From Octopus vulgaris (taxonomy: Eukaryota), in assembly GCA_951406725.2 (NCBI GenBank), contig OX597825.1, forward strand, positions 84,754,001-84,818,000: DNA of 64,000 nt. The letters are read 5' to 3'. Shown piece by piece: positions 43,060-57,030 of the stretch. The translations under genes and the position numbers were made by a program. Positions within the stretch are counted from its first letter, which is position 1, and every line of letters begins with the position of its first letter. The notes under the pieces are model-generated. The model was not told the DNA's origin. It worked only from the letters and a program-made list of their open reading frames with translations, and ran no database searches.

Positions 43060-43520
43060 ACCTGTTGCATGATCTGGTTGTCGCTGACGAAACCGGCTCC
43101 CCCACTACACTTGCCTGGTGAGGAGAGTGGCTAGAACCCCAGCAGAACTAAAATCAAAACCTGTCAAATGGACGGACGAAACCCTTGTCGGTTCAACGAC
43201 TATCTAACTATAACATTAGACCTCAAACATTTCGTGTTGATATCCGGCGTGCTGGAAGGCCACTTGGAGTGAGATATTCCTTAGCTTCTGTTGAAGCATG
43301 CCTCTAGAACCCGCTTCAAACCCAGGCTAGTCTACTGCGATAATTGTCTGTAATTTGGTCAATGAGCCCTGTACGATAGTCGACAAGATGAATTACTGTG
43401 ATTGATATTATCCAAAATTATGTATGCATGTAACAATAAACCACATGTGACTTTGCAATCCAAAGGAAACTCCGAACATGGGTCTGGGCCAGGTCAACAC
43501 CTCCTGGGTGAGTGCCGCTA
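43060..43520 (+). mobile_element. Possible decayed RTE-type LINE 5' region
   Basis: GC-richer island (CCCCACTACACTTGCCTGGTGAGGAGAG..GCTAGAA..AAAACCTGTCAAA) resembling RTE 5' UTRs as recalled. No intact ORF. Confidence 0.3.
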
Positions 43521-44705
43521 AAAGAAAGTATGCACACATTTCGACTTCAATAAAGAAAGTCACTCAAATGTTACACTTCCTTTGGGAGTAGGAATATGAT
43601 GATGTCTGATGAGCAACCCTTCTGAATCGAGTGTCTTATGAAAGTACATTCGTCATAAAGAAGGTGTTCTCTTGTAACGAAACTCATCAGAAGTTAGCAT
43701 ATACAGGTTCAAAACTGGCGAAGAGCATTAAGAATGAATATGCAAGCCATCACTTTGATTCTCGCTGCTCACTATGCGTATGGTGTCATATCAGTTGACA
43801 GATGGTCCTGATCAGAAAATACTTATGTTCGCTGAAGTTATAATCAAGTTTGATAGTTTGTAGGGAGTTTGGCCCAACAATATCGAAACACTTGGCTGCT
43901 CCAGAATCTCATGAGCAAATAAATCGTCTTGTGAACATATTTGTGTCGTAAACAGGTTGTTTTCCTGTGTCGAAACAACAGCGATTAGCATATTCACGTT
44001 CGAATCTGTCAGATCGTGTTAAGAATGAGCCATACAAGTCCTTAACAATTTATACTTCATAAAATATCATCAAATGATGAATGTGTGAGTGTTACATCAA
44101 AGCACAAGTCCAGCATCGGATTGTAGATTAGAGAGAAAAGTATCAATGGATTTATATCGAATCAAGGAAGACATCGTTCGGGATTAATGTGCACACTTGT
44201 GGAGTTGATGTGAGAATATAAAGGGACATAACTGAGAGCCTCACTAGATTAAGACCCGATTAAGCTGTGCAGTTTTGGAGGACAGTTGATCTTTCGGAGA
44301 GCCTTGAAAAGACCGTCTCTGCTGACAAGATCAAAATAATAATAATAATGATAACAATAATAATAATAATAATAATAATAACAACAACAACAACAATAAT
44401 AATAATAATAACAATAATGATAATAATAATAATAATGATGATGAAGATGATGATGATGATGATGGTATTTTTAAGTGGAATAGTCAAATAACAGTAAGAT
44501 GTATGTAAGATGGTGTCTATAGGTCTGTATCTGGACATAAGATAAAGACTAGGTTGAATGTGGTATGGTATGCACCAAGTTCATAAAAATCGTCATACAC
44601 ACGCACACACACACGCACACGCACACACACACATAGATATAATTAAATAGACAGATATAGCTAAAGGTGCGCGCACCTACGTATGCATATACTTGCATTC
44701 ACACC

Positions 44706-44744
<39 letters not shown>

Positions 44745-44857
44745 ATGGTTACATACACACACACATGCACACAATCAGACACACGCACACACACGTATAT
44801 CATGGAAACAAGGGAAAACTTTTACAGTAAGAGAGAATGCGGTGAGAGGTTAAAGAG

Positions 44858-45110
44858 TGAGAGGAGGAGGAGGAGGAGGAGGAGGAGGAGGAAGAGGCGA
44901 AGAAGAAGAAGGAGAAGGAGAAGAAGAAGAAGAAGAAGAAGAGGAGGAAGAGGAGGAATAAGAAGAAGAAGAAGAAGAAGAGGAGGAAGAAGAAGAAGAA
45001 GAAGAAGAAGAAGAAGAAGAAGAAGAAGAAGAAGAAGAAGAAGAAGAAGAAGAAGAAGAAGAAGAAGAAGAAGAAGAAGAGAGGATCAAGAAAGAGAAAA
45101 AGAAGAAGAG
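44858..45110. repeat. (GAG)n/(GAA)n polypurine tract
   Basis: Directly visible. Confidence 0.95.
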
Positions 45111-45680
45111 ACAAGCCATACACTAGAGGAGGAGAAATGGTAAATTTTTTTCGGCTGAATGCAAAATGAAAAGCGAAAAGTGTTTGCTGAAAACTCAACG
45201 GTAAATCTCCTTGACGGACATTTGCTAAAGGCTGTGGAATTATGGGAATTCCCAATAAACTAAGTACCTTTCTCCCACATTTCTCCATTCTCCACTTCAA
45301 ACAAATCTGGAAATACCAAGAAGAAAAAAAAACATAGAAAAATTTTAAAAAAACTGCCACACACGAAATATTAAAGTGGCCAACAGCACTCAGTGATAAA
45401 TCACTGGTTTGTGTGAATTAGCCGTAATGCTTTCAGTAAAAGAAAAAATATAATGACCTATCCGATCAATCAAGCATTTGTTTCTTGTTGCTGTTGTTGT
45501 TGTTGTTTGTCTAAAACTGTATTATCGCGAAAAATAATCTATTTTAGCATCGGTTTATTGATTAAATCTGTGCAAATGCCAGAGGAAGGTTTTGAAACGA
45601 TGTTCGATTAGCGTTTGACTTTGTGACCTCGGTTTCGATATCTGCCAGAGTTAGAGTTCAGGATTTAGTGTTCTATAATG

Positions 45681-46470
45681 GTGGTGAGCTGGTAGAATCG
45701 TTAGCAAAATCTCCTTTACATTCGGAGTTCAAATTCCGCTGAGATCGACTTTGACTTTCACCCTTTCACGATCAGGAAAATAAGTAACAGTGAAGTACAG
45801 TAAAATTAACGCCACCAATGAAGCTGACAGAGTTGTTAGCACGATGGAATTTGGACTCAGAACATAAAGACGGACGAAATACCTATTTCTTTAGTACCCA
45901 CAAGGGGCTAAACACAAAGGAGACAAACAAGGACAGGCAAACGGATTAAGTCGATTACAACGACCCCAGTCCGTAACTGGTACTTATTTAATGGACCTTC
46001 AAAGGATGAAAGGCAAAGTCGACCTCAGCGGAATTTGAACTCAGAACGTAGCTGCAGACGAAATACCACAAAGCATTTCGCCCGGCGTGCTAACGTTTCT
46101 GCCAGCTCACCGCATAGTTCCGAATTTTGCCACAAGGGCAGCAGTTTTGGAAGAGAGTATGTGTCGATTATCTCGACACCAGAGTCTAACCGGTACTTAA
46201 TTTATCGACCCCGAAAGACGAAAGGCAAAGTCGACCTCGGCGGAATTTGAACTCAGAACATAAAGACAGATGAAATGCCGTTAAGCGTTATGCCCGACGT
46301 GCTAACTTTTCTCCCAGCTAAGCCGCTTTGCATTTTGTCCGTCTTTACGTCGAGGACGGCATTGCCATTTATCCTTCCGGGATCTATAAATTGAGAACCA
46401 ATTTGGAGTCAACGTAACGAACTAAACCTGTCTCCAAGAATTCAGGCTTTGTGATTATAGAAGTAAAGGT
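45681..46470. mobile_element. Cluster of SINE family A copies in mixed orientation (+,-,-,+)
   Basis: Plus head and core at about 45681-45800, minus copies at about 45820-46113 and 46116-46330, plus partial copy at about 46330-46470. Confidence 0.85.
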
Positions 46471-46877
46471 TATTTTTTCTTTACCAAACTTCTGTTAATT
46501 TTCGATTATATTAAAGATAGTTTTCCTTGCCTTCAGCGTTGTAACCTAACACAATATAGATGTAACATTTACACATAAAAAATATGGCCATTTAAACTGT
46601 TAACGGAATGTCATATAGACAATAATGACATTAGGAATCTAGAGCTTTCTCGATAAGCTCTTAAGGCATAAAGTAAATTGTTCTATAAATTTCTGAACTT
46701 GAGGAAAAATTGACATAATTTGACTGATTAGCGAGGAAAAATAATAAAAAGTCCTCATTTGTTGTATAAATGAATGTGTTTATTGTGAATGTCTTGTGAT
46801 TTCTTTTGACGATCTAATTCTTCAATCGAAAATATCGAGTGAGATCGAAATGGCAAAGAATCTAGTAATCTTTAGTC

Positions 46878-47205
46878 TTTTATCTTTTACTTCAATCAGT
46901 CTTTGGAGTGCGACCATGCTGGGGCACCATCTTGAAGGCTTTTGTAAACCAGATTAGCTTTGCTGCTTATTTTTCTTTAAAAGCCTAGCACTTATTGTGG
47001 CGGCCACTGTTGTCCAACTCCTACGATACAGGGACGTAAACAAACTAACATCAGTTGTCAAGTGGTGCATGTGAACACACATTCACACGCCTACATATAT
47101 TTGACGAGCTTCTTCCAGTTTCCCCCTACCAAATCCACTCGCAGCAACACAAGTGTAGCGGGACTGAACCCGGAGCCACGTAGCTGGGAAGCAAGCTTCT
47201 TATGC
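46878..47205 (-). mobile_element. SINE family C
   Basis: GCGACCATGCTGGGGCACC..AAGCCTAGCACTTATT..GGGACGTAAAC..CTACCAAATCCACTC..GGGACTGAACCCGG (B box on the minus strand). Confidence 0.7.
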
Positions 47206-47723
47206 TGGAAATTCTTCTCTAAGCCATTTTTGTTTCGGCTGTAGAATTTTCATGGATGCAATATTCCAAGGAAATTCGAAGAAAAGACAAATCTATAACA
47301 TGGAATAAAATGTCACATTTAAACATAATGATTTGACATGAAGAGTGAGGTCTTGATAAACAATTTAGCGTTTCGCTTGTAGCGGATTAACTCCAGACAT
47401 CGGTAAATAACGGGACATCATGGAGGCTGATTAGAATTAACTCACGTGATCAGTGATTAAATAAATTGTTCGTTGTCAGGCGTTAATTAGTTCTCTTCGA
47501 CTATATACTTAAATATATTTCATCGGAGCAATTTCGATGAAAGGAAACAGGTAACGATTTTATGAGAAGTTAATCCGTGAATTAAGAGATTCTTATAAAG
47601 ACACAAGACTTAATGGGTTGAAAGGTGTAATTAAATAGCGGCAGACGTTTTAATTTTTCTACGCTGCTGAATAGTAAATACGGTAACTTCCCTTACAAGT
47701 AGTATCCTCCAAACAACAACATT

Positions 47724-47772
<49 letters not shown>

Positions 47773-47860
47773 CCATCATTAATAACAACCGATTTTCTCT
47801 TAATTTCATATCTCGATGTTTAATGGATTGAGCTACGAAAACAATCTGAATGTAAGACTA

Positions 47861-47880
47861 CCATATAAGGCCGCCATTTT
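47861..47880. promoter_or_regulatory. Adjacent CArG box and YY1-like site
   Basis: CCATATAAGG (CC[AT]6GG) is immediately followed by CCGCCATTTT. Motif match only. Confidence 0.25.
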
Positions 47881-48406
47881 CAAAGCGGAGAAAGTGTACA
47901 TATTAAGAGAATGGTGAGATAAAATTCTGTTGAAGTAACTTATTCGAAATGCATCCCTTTTGTAAAAGTGCATATTGAATTTATTTCATTCAGTTTGAAA
48001 GAATGAAATTGGTTGAGTTTCCGGAATAACGTCTATTTATGAAATGATTTCCCTTACATCATTCAAGATTATATGTAGATGTGTGTCCAGTGATGCGAGG
48101 AGTGTAAACTTCCTTCGACTAAATACGCCCACGCTTATTCGTACATGTATATATGTACATATGTATGCATGTGTATGCATATATGCATGCATATACACAT
48201 AGACTGTATATATATCTATATATACAGATATATATATATATATATATATATATAGATATATAGAAGATAAAATTACTTGGAAATGGATGCGTGATAAAAA
48301 TTTATTTAGAAAACACGTGTATAGTACCGATCGACATATACATATAAATATATATATATATACGTATATTTATATATATATACACATATATATACAATAT
48401 ATATAC

Positions 48407-48461
<55 letters not shown>

Positions 48462-48633
48462 TATATGTGTGTATATATATCTATATATACAGATATATAT
48501 ATATATATATATATATATAGATATATAGATAGATAAAAATTACTTGGAAATGGATGCGTGGCGTCCGATCATATAATAATATAATACATATATGCATATA
48601 TACATACATATATGTACATACCTATACATATGT

Positions 48634-48670
<37 letters not shown>

Positions 48671-48693
48671 CATATGTATATATATACATGCCT

Positions 48694-49408
48694 ATATGGG
48701 TACAGGCCGTCAAAGAAACGTGAGCAAAATGAAAAACTGGAAGATAAAAAGCAAAAACATGGAAAACGAATTTTGTTTTCTGGAAACGAAGGAAACAAAT
48801 AGAGAAACGCGACAGGCGACATAAAGAATAATCCCTACATCAGTTGACCCCTGTTTTGTCTTCTTCTTATTCTTCCCTCTTTCTGTTTTTCTTATCCTCC
48901 CCTTCGCTGTTCTATTTCTCGCCAACGCATTCCCCCACTCTTCCTTCTTGACTCTCTCGTTGCTCACACGTGACCAGCAGCTATCTTTCTTTTCCCCTCT
49001 TCCTTTACAAGAGACAAGACACGCTTTTGCCTATCTCCTGTCAAAGCTTGTTTCTCGTTCACCACTTCACCTCGTCATGGCTTAACAGCCCTTACCGTTT
49101 GTTTTTACTGTTTCGGTCTTACTGTCTTGTTTTTGTAACCATCTTAACCCTCCACAAATCCCAAATTTTATTTAGTTTGCTTTAAGGGAAAGATTGTTTT
49201 AAGGAAGTCGCGTCTTGTCCCTACTTTCGAAGCGCGGAGTTGATAAAAAAGGGGACAACTGATGAAAGGATTGTTCTTTATGTTTCCTGTCTCTTTTCTC
49301 TATTTGTTTCTTTCGTTGTTCAAACAAAAATTCGTTTTCCATGTTTATATTTTTGTTATGTTCTCGTGTTTCATTTTGTTCACTATTTCGACATTCTGTA
49401 CCAATATA
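48694..49408. mobile_element. Family P2 fold-back copy inside (TA)n
   Basis: Plus arm 48694-48861 is inverted relative to 49242-49408, and the minus copy extends 48862-49408. TA-rich arrays flank both sides. Confidence 0.75.
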
Positions 49409-50252
49409 TGAATGCATACAATCATATATATGTAGGTATGCGCATATATGTATATATGCATATATATACAGATATACATATATATACATATATATATATG
49501 TATATATATATAACATATATATATATATATACATACATGTATATCTATATATAGATATATACATATACATATAAATATATATATATATATACATATATAT
49601 ACATATAATAAATAATATATTATATATACACATTTACAGTGAGAGACAACAGAGTGAGAAATAAAAAAATTGATAGGTTGCGTGTGTCGCTGCATGAAAG
49701 AAAAGTCATCTGCACTTATAAATGTTTTTCTGTAGACCGTTATCGATAGACAAACTAGAATTTCTGTGTTTTATTGGTAGACTTAAAAAAAAAATGATTT
49801 GATATTGAGAGTTGAACGTTCGGGTCTGATCGATAGAATTCCGAACAATAGATGAACTCACTCTCCCGCACTTCTCGTATAAAATATTCGTTTATATTTG
49901 AAGTTGGTAAATATCTGTATAACAACATTCCCGAATATGGAAGAAACGAAGAGAAAGAAGTTGTTACTGATGGCATTCCAATTAGAAATTTTATGAAACC
50001 TAGTAATTTTCTGTCTGATTGCCGTAGAAAATCTGTTTAAACATTTATTAAACCGCGACAGCATTTAACTGTGTAGTTGCCGCCTCAATCGTATTTATCA
50101 CATCCATAAGATATATAATTCTCTAGTATATCCTTGTCTTTGTAATATATTACGATTACAATACATACATACATACATATATATATTTTTTATTTTATTT
50201 ATTTATTTTTTTACTTGTTTCAGTCATATTGACTGCGGCCATACTGGAGATT

Positions 50253-50328
<76 letters not shown>

Positions 50329-51438
50329 CATATACATATATTTATATACATACACACACACATATATATATATATATACATTTATATATTACAAACACAC
50401 ACCTATATATATATATATATATATGTACCACCCTAAAGCATTGTTGATATTTTACTGCGTTAACTACAGAGGGTAAACACAGCTTCCATGTTTAATCTGG
50501 TTATTGTATCCTAGCCTTAACTAGCGAGCAAAGTATCTTTTACTGACGTGTTATAAATATATGAAAGAATAGTTTCTGCCTCAAAGTGATTTCTTCACTA
50601 ATCACCAATTCTGCGAAATTTTGGTTTCACGCAAAGCATCTTTGTAATGTTAGAATTACACACATTGCGTACATCACTGAACATCGATAGAGAATGAGAT
50701 CGTGCGAGGTTCGCCCGAGATTAATGATTTGTTTGTTCAAGATGTAATCATCTTAATTCCTTTTATATTACTAATTCTGTGAGAGAAATAGCCACAGACC
50801 AAACATTGGTTCATTTATCCAACTCTATATTGTTTGCGGTGTTGCCAGGATAAGAGTTTTAGAATTTCCTATTGTTTCACGTTACCGAGATTTGTGCGGT
50901 TGGGAGCGCAAGGATTAAAACACTCTCGCTACCTCGGTTCTCCCGTTACTTACCTTTCTCGTCATGACCTCTGACATTCATTAATAAATATTAATATATT
51001 ATATTTTTGTCTTACATTGACATAACCAATATTTTTTAAGAGACCTAAAGTCGTTTAAATCAAATTCATAACACAACTTATTTTTTCATCGATTTGGGAA
51101 TGATTAAAGCCTTGGAGACAAATGAGAGATCTGAAATCAATAAAAAATAAAGATTTCTGATACTAATAATAATGTTTTCTTTAAAAATCAATAGTAAATA
51201 TTAATTCCATTGTAGTTCAATTGAAATTTATGTAATTTCATACAAATATATCTAAAAGCGGATTATTTACTAAACGTTAGCAGGATAATTGGCTCACGTC
51301 AAAGATATAATTAAGTTTTATGATATAGATAATTAGTTTGTGCCAAGGTCTAACTGCTCGAAGATAAATGTTCACTTCCTGTTTGAAATGAGAATCTAAC
51401 GAGTTAAGACTCAGTCATGTTGACTTTGTTTAATTTTA

Positions 51439-51457
51439 CCGCCACTAGACGGCGCCG
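51439..51457 (+). promoter_or_regulatory. CTCF-like binding motif
   Basis: CCGCCACTAGACGGCGCCG compared with consensus (C)GCCACYAGRKGGCGCY: one core mismatch, in otherwise AT-rich unique DNA. Confidence 0.45.
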
Positions 51458-52238
51458 TTGTTAAAGTGACTCATGAACTATATTGCTTCTCTTATCAATG
51501 TGTTATTCTAGTCTGAGCTCCCAGCAGGGTCCAACGTAGCTCGATAAAATAGCTCAGTTATTCAAGTACAGGAGTTCTTCAAATAAACCTCATGTCTCTG
51601 TAAGATATTACTGGTGCACTGGGGTCGATATAATCGACTTGTCTCGCCCCTCAAAATCTGAGGCCTTACACCAGAATTAGAAACAATAATTTACACTGAA
51701 TATTCCATCACGGATAAGTGTGGCTAATAAATTCGATAGGGCAAGACTGCTGGTAAAAAGAAAAACGCATACAACCTGTTAAGGCTTCCATATTACAATC
51801 TTCCAACATACAAACTTCAAGGCTTCCGTAATTATAAGATCGTAAGAGAAGCAGACGACAGCGGATTTTCTTTGATTGCAACACAAATGAAATGGGTCAA
51901 CGCTTGAGCAAATTCAACAATGGTTTATAGATGAAACATAAACTTGGCTCAAACGTATATTACTGGTACCAATTTAATCAACCTCGATGGAATAGGAAAC
52001 AAATACAATTAGGATTTGAACCTAGAATTACCAAGGACAAAAGTGAGCAGTTTCGTCGAATTAGAAAGAAGTGTTGGTTGTGAGGCTAACGCATTTTCCA
52101 AGTTGCTTAAATACAGAAAATATTCTTTTAGTGAAATTGATTCTTAATTACAGCGATATGGGAATAGATATTTGGTACTAGTAATTTATCAAACTGCAAA
52201 TATTAAAATATAGAACGTAGAGGGATGGATCAAATAAT

Positions 52239-52452
52239 CCTTTCCATCAGAGGCACAAGGCCTGAAACCTTGGAGTAGTAGAAAGTCGATTACATCGACC
52301 CCAATGTTCTACTGCAACATATTTTATCGTCAACGAAAGGATAAAAGGCAAAGACAATCTCGGCGGAATTTGAACTCAGAACTTAAGTACGGATGAAATG
52401 CTGTTAAGCATTTTCCTCGGCATGCTAACGATTCTGCCAGCTTGTCGCATTA
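52239..52452 (-). mobile_element. SINE family A with TSD
   Basis: Reverse-complement core. ATCAAATAAT at 52229-52238 and 52458-52467. Confidence 0.85.
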
Positions 52453-52584
52453 GCTGCATCAAATAATGCAAGCTAATTTGGCCAAAGCGTTAATAATCTT
52501 GAGGTATAAATTAATAGAATATCTGACCCTGTTTGTGTGTGACCTGTATCATTACTGTGGCGATATTATTGTTTAGTCTGAAAA

Positions 52585-52790
52585 TGGAGTTGGTGGAATC
52601 GTCCACGCGTCGGAAAAATGCTTGGCAGCATTCCACCAGATACTTACATCGTGTACACAAATCTCGCAGAGGACGCCTTTGCTCTTCAAGGTTTCGGGGT
52701 TGTTAAACTAAAGTATCAGTCAATTACTAGGGATGGAGTAATCAACTAGCCGACTCCCTGAGTTTCAGACCTCGTGCCTACATTAGAAGC
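52585..52790 (+). mobile_element. Old, diverged SINE family A copy
   Basis: GGAGTTGGTGGAATCG..AAATGCTT..GCCTTTGCTCTTCA..TTTCGGGGTTG..CCTCGTGCCTAC.TTAGAA. Confidence 0.6.
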
Positions 52791-53509
52791 AGTCATTGTC
52801 TATCTCTAATTCCGTACTAGGTATGACCAATGCGTTCTTTCGTGACCATGCTATCTTTTTACATAACCAGTAGTCAATAGGACAATGTATCATTCACTTT
52901 ACAACGGAGTGGTTTGTAATTTTAGAGACATCGGTTGCCATTTTTAGCATGACACAGAACCAATAGTTCCCACCTCGTTAGCTGTTTCAACTATTAATAT
53001 TATGACTGAATAGATAATCCCGTAACTCCGAGATATCTCCAAAACTCACGCTGCACCCATACCATCGTGTATCTCTGGTTTCTTCATGCATAATAATTTC
53101 TTAATAATCAAAGGTGACAATGCCTTCAAAACAGAGTGTCGAAGAAGCCGGCGGCAGTTTCGGAATCAGATTGTGTAGCTTGCCAATTATGTAAGGAAAC
53201 ACGTTCTAGATTCATTCACTTAATAACTAAACACATAGAATCAATGTATTATTTTTAGAATATAATTTACTCAACACAATCGAGTAATTTTATAGCAAAT
53301 AACTAGTGTAATTAAATGGGTAATGAAGTCGATCCGTTAATGCTAGCCACTCGAGTTTACTGTATATATGTGCGACTAGATATTTTTAGTGGGTATTGTG
53401 TGAGTGCGTGAGTGTGTAGGTATGTATATATGTGTGCCTGTGTGTAAGCGTGTTTATATATATTATATATATTTTTATATATTAATACACATATATATGT
53501 ATGTGTGTG

Positions 53510-53581
<72 letters not shown>

Positions 53582-53684
53582 CGTACATGTACATATACAT
53601 ACAGACATATATATATATGAATATATGAAAGAATGGAGTTGAACGACGAAATAAATACAAGCACACACACACACACACACACAT

Positions 53685-53729
<45 letters not shown>

Positions 53730-53757
53730 TTCCTTCGGTCTCGAGTGGATGGCTATC

Positions 53758-53820
<63 letters not shown>

Positions 53821-53821
53821 T

Positions 53822-53958
53822 TCGACGGGCTTCTGTCAGCTTCCATCTACTAAATCCACTCACAAGGCTTTGATCGGCTCGAGGCTATGGCAAGAGACAC
53901 GTGCCCAAGGTGCCATGCAGTGGGACTGAACACGGAACCATGAAGTTGAGAGCAAGCA
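53822..53958 (-). mobile_element. SINE family C 5' part
   Basis: GGGCTTCTGTCAGCTTCCATCTACTAAATCCACTCACAAGGC..GCCCAAGGTGCCATGCAGTGGGACTGAAC, homologous to 47100-47200. Confidence 0.7.
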
Positions 53959-55339
53959 TACATATATACATAAATATATACTCATACACGCACCCATATG
54001 TATATGTGTGTGTGTGTGTGTGTGAATGTATATATATATTTATACACACACACATGCTCACATACATTAATATGAACGCTTGCGTGTTTGCGTATGTTTT
54101 ACGTAAGCCTTCCTTTGCATCAATTAATGTATATGGGTGAGCTCTTCTTTCTATATCGATTATGGCTTTTTATTTCATTTGCATATTTTTAAGAATGAAA
54201 AACAATTTATCAGAGTCTACTTTTTAAAACTAGAATCGATATACAATGTGAGAAGATATATCAGCGTTTATAATGTTAATTAATGCTAGATTCCCCACAT
54301 TTGGGCGATCGGTAACAAGGTACAAGACGGACATAGCCACTCGGGTTTCCGCCGATGGTGTCTCGCAAAGTGGACCTTTGCGCAACAGGAAACTCTAGAT
54401 TTTCTAGTTTCTTATCGTTTTGGACAGTTGCCTGATATCCCGGCCACCTGAATGTCATCTAACCTCCATAAAAAAAGAACATTTTGTGGCAGTGTGTAGA
54501 GGATACCATACTACATGCACAAAGAAGTTGTTAGTTCAGTTGGAATAATTTTGTCTTGATTATGTTCAAACATCTCTGCCCAATTGTGCATCGTGAACTG
54601 AGGTTTAAGGCGGTACAAGTGCTACAAAGACAGTGTATGCTACAGCAGTTCATAATGCAAAACCATAACGAAACAAAGCGAACTTCTCTTACATCTCCTC
54701 TCCTCAATGCGGATTGCCCTTTCTAGATTTGTCTAATGATACTACGTTTACACCAAAATGAACAGATACCACAAGGAGTTTGACCATATAACATTTACAA
54801 CCAGAATGCAATAGAGAATAACAAGTGGCAATGGTTCGGATTTAGAACGTAAGACATAACATGTACCTCCCTAGTAGCGATTGTTCGCACTAATACAGAA
54901 CCATGTCGACGTGCGCTACAGCAACGCTGTCGCTGAACCTATTCCGACTTCACGCTTTTGTGCCTGTTATGTTCTTAAAAAGATCCTTCTAAACTGATTA
55001 ACCTGGCTGGTCGTAGATAGGTAGTCAATAACCTACAGAGTATGTTTCACTGAGGACATTCTGAGTTTCGCGTTGGTACACATAAATCTAATAAAACATA
55101 TCTTTCTCTACAAAAAAAAAAAAGAAAAATATCAGCTACCGACTTGATATGTTTATATAAAAACTATAAACGATACATATATTGTGATTGTGATCTAATG
55201 CGGCATTAGGTGCGAATAGAAACAAACACACACGCTAATGTAAGCGTGGGTAAAGATATATATGCATATACACATGTGTGCGTGAATGTATAGGTACCAG
55301 TGCTTGTATACATACATACATACATACACACACACATAC

Positions 55340-55396
<57 letters not shown>

Positions 55397-55494
55397 CATA
55401 AATAAATAAATACGTACATATACGTATGTAATATCAATACGTATAAATAACATTTTATGTATGCATGTATGTATGTATCTACATATATACATAT

Positions 55495-55547
<53 letters not shown>

Positions 55548-55555
55548 TACATATT

Positions 55556-55637
<82 letters not shown>

Positions 55638-56091
55638 CATGTTTCATTACTTCTTTCATTTTAAATTAATTACTAGCCATGTTTACATAATAATTCAACA
55701 GTAATAAATAGTTGGAAATAGATCGATAAAAATAGTTGGGTTTTTTTTATATGAATCACAAAATGATCTCAAAAACGCCTACAAAAACACGCAAAAACAC
55801 TTCACAGAAAGATAAAAATCACAGATATAAACATTAAATAACATTTTCCTATCTTTGAAAATACAGTTTTTGACATGAAAATATTGGGTACAATTGCCCA
55901 AAGTGTCAACCATTATTAAATATCAGCATCATTGTGGTAATAGCGAAAAACAATTTTATAATTATAATCAAATGATTTTATTTTAAGTCTATATTATATT
56001 TATTTAGATACAAAAAAAATACAACGTGCGAGGAATGAATATAATATAGTTTCTATTTCAAGTCACGTATGAGTAATATATACATACATAC

Positions 56092-56183
<92 letters not shown>

Positions 56184-56459
56184 ACATACACATACACATA
56201 TACATATATATATAATGCATGCATGTGTGTGGGTGTGTCCATGTCTGTGAGTGATGGTGTGTAGATATTTATACGATTAAATTTTACATGTGCAAAATTA
56301 ATTTGAATCGGGTACATTGTATGGATAACTAATACGAAGTGAGAGAAGTCACTACGTTTGCAGAATAATGATTTATAATAATTCGTTGACCGATTGGATT
56401 CATATCACAATAGGAATTTTTGCATTTAGTCTGAGTATTGCACATCTCTCCCCCCCCCC

Positions 56460-56503
<44 letters not shown>

Positions 56504-56685
56504 CACACGGTTATGCACTCAACACAAACACACATACATCTTTAGCTAACTCTATATGTCCACGCCTACATCGGTAAAGTTTTCTGTGGCATATCAACTT
56601 AAAATATTCAAATTGCATTACCTGAAGAGGTGGGGCTTTATCAAAATCCGAACTTGCACATGTTGCGCAATGTTTCATATCAAAG

Positions 56686-57030
56686 TGTGGCTTCCTCCTT
56701 CCTGCTCTGCCATAGTAACCAAGTTTGTGGAGATACCTGACAGCTGTTCTGGGACTGATGTCAAGTTGTTTTGCTATATCTGAGCCTTGCAACGAAGATT
56801 ATCCTCCACACTTCTCTTAGCAAGGCAAAGGGTCCTGTCAGATCCCTTGTCGACCTGGAGGGTGTGATGCAAACTTCTTGCCCTCTTTCATGAATTTCAC
56901 AATCACTCTATTAACTGTGGAAAGTGGGATCCCAAGGTATTTCTGCGATTTTACGCTAAGTCCAACTTCAGCTTGAATCACCATACGATCCCTCTGAAAT
57001 TCGGACAGTTCCAAGGCTTCTTTTGTGCAT
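56686..57030 (-). pseudogene. Tc1-family transposase N-terminal fragment
   Basis: ELSEFQRDRMV..GLS...LGIPLSTVNRVIVKF..PPGR and DIAKQLDISPRTAVRYLHKLGYYGRAGRRKP match the Tc1 paired-like HTH domains. Frameshifted. Confidence 0.85.

Noticed and set aside
43480-43520. HDV-like ribozyme fragment (CACC-TCCTG-GGTG) in the putative RTE 5' region
   Set aside because: Only a P3/L3-like piece is visible. P1, P2 and P4 could not be assembled.
40252-45110. (CTT)n and (GAA)n tracts as a functional inverted pair
   Set aside because: Such tracts are common here, their interruptions do not mirror each other, and they are about 4.3 kb apart.
53040-53190. Possible minus-strand exon ending in a GTGAGT donor
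   Set aside because: No convincing acceptor or recognisable peptide; cannot be supported without RNA data.
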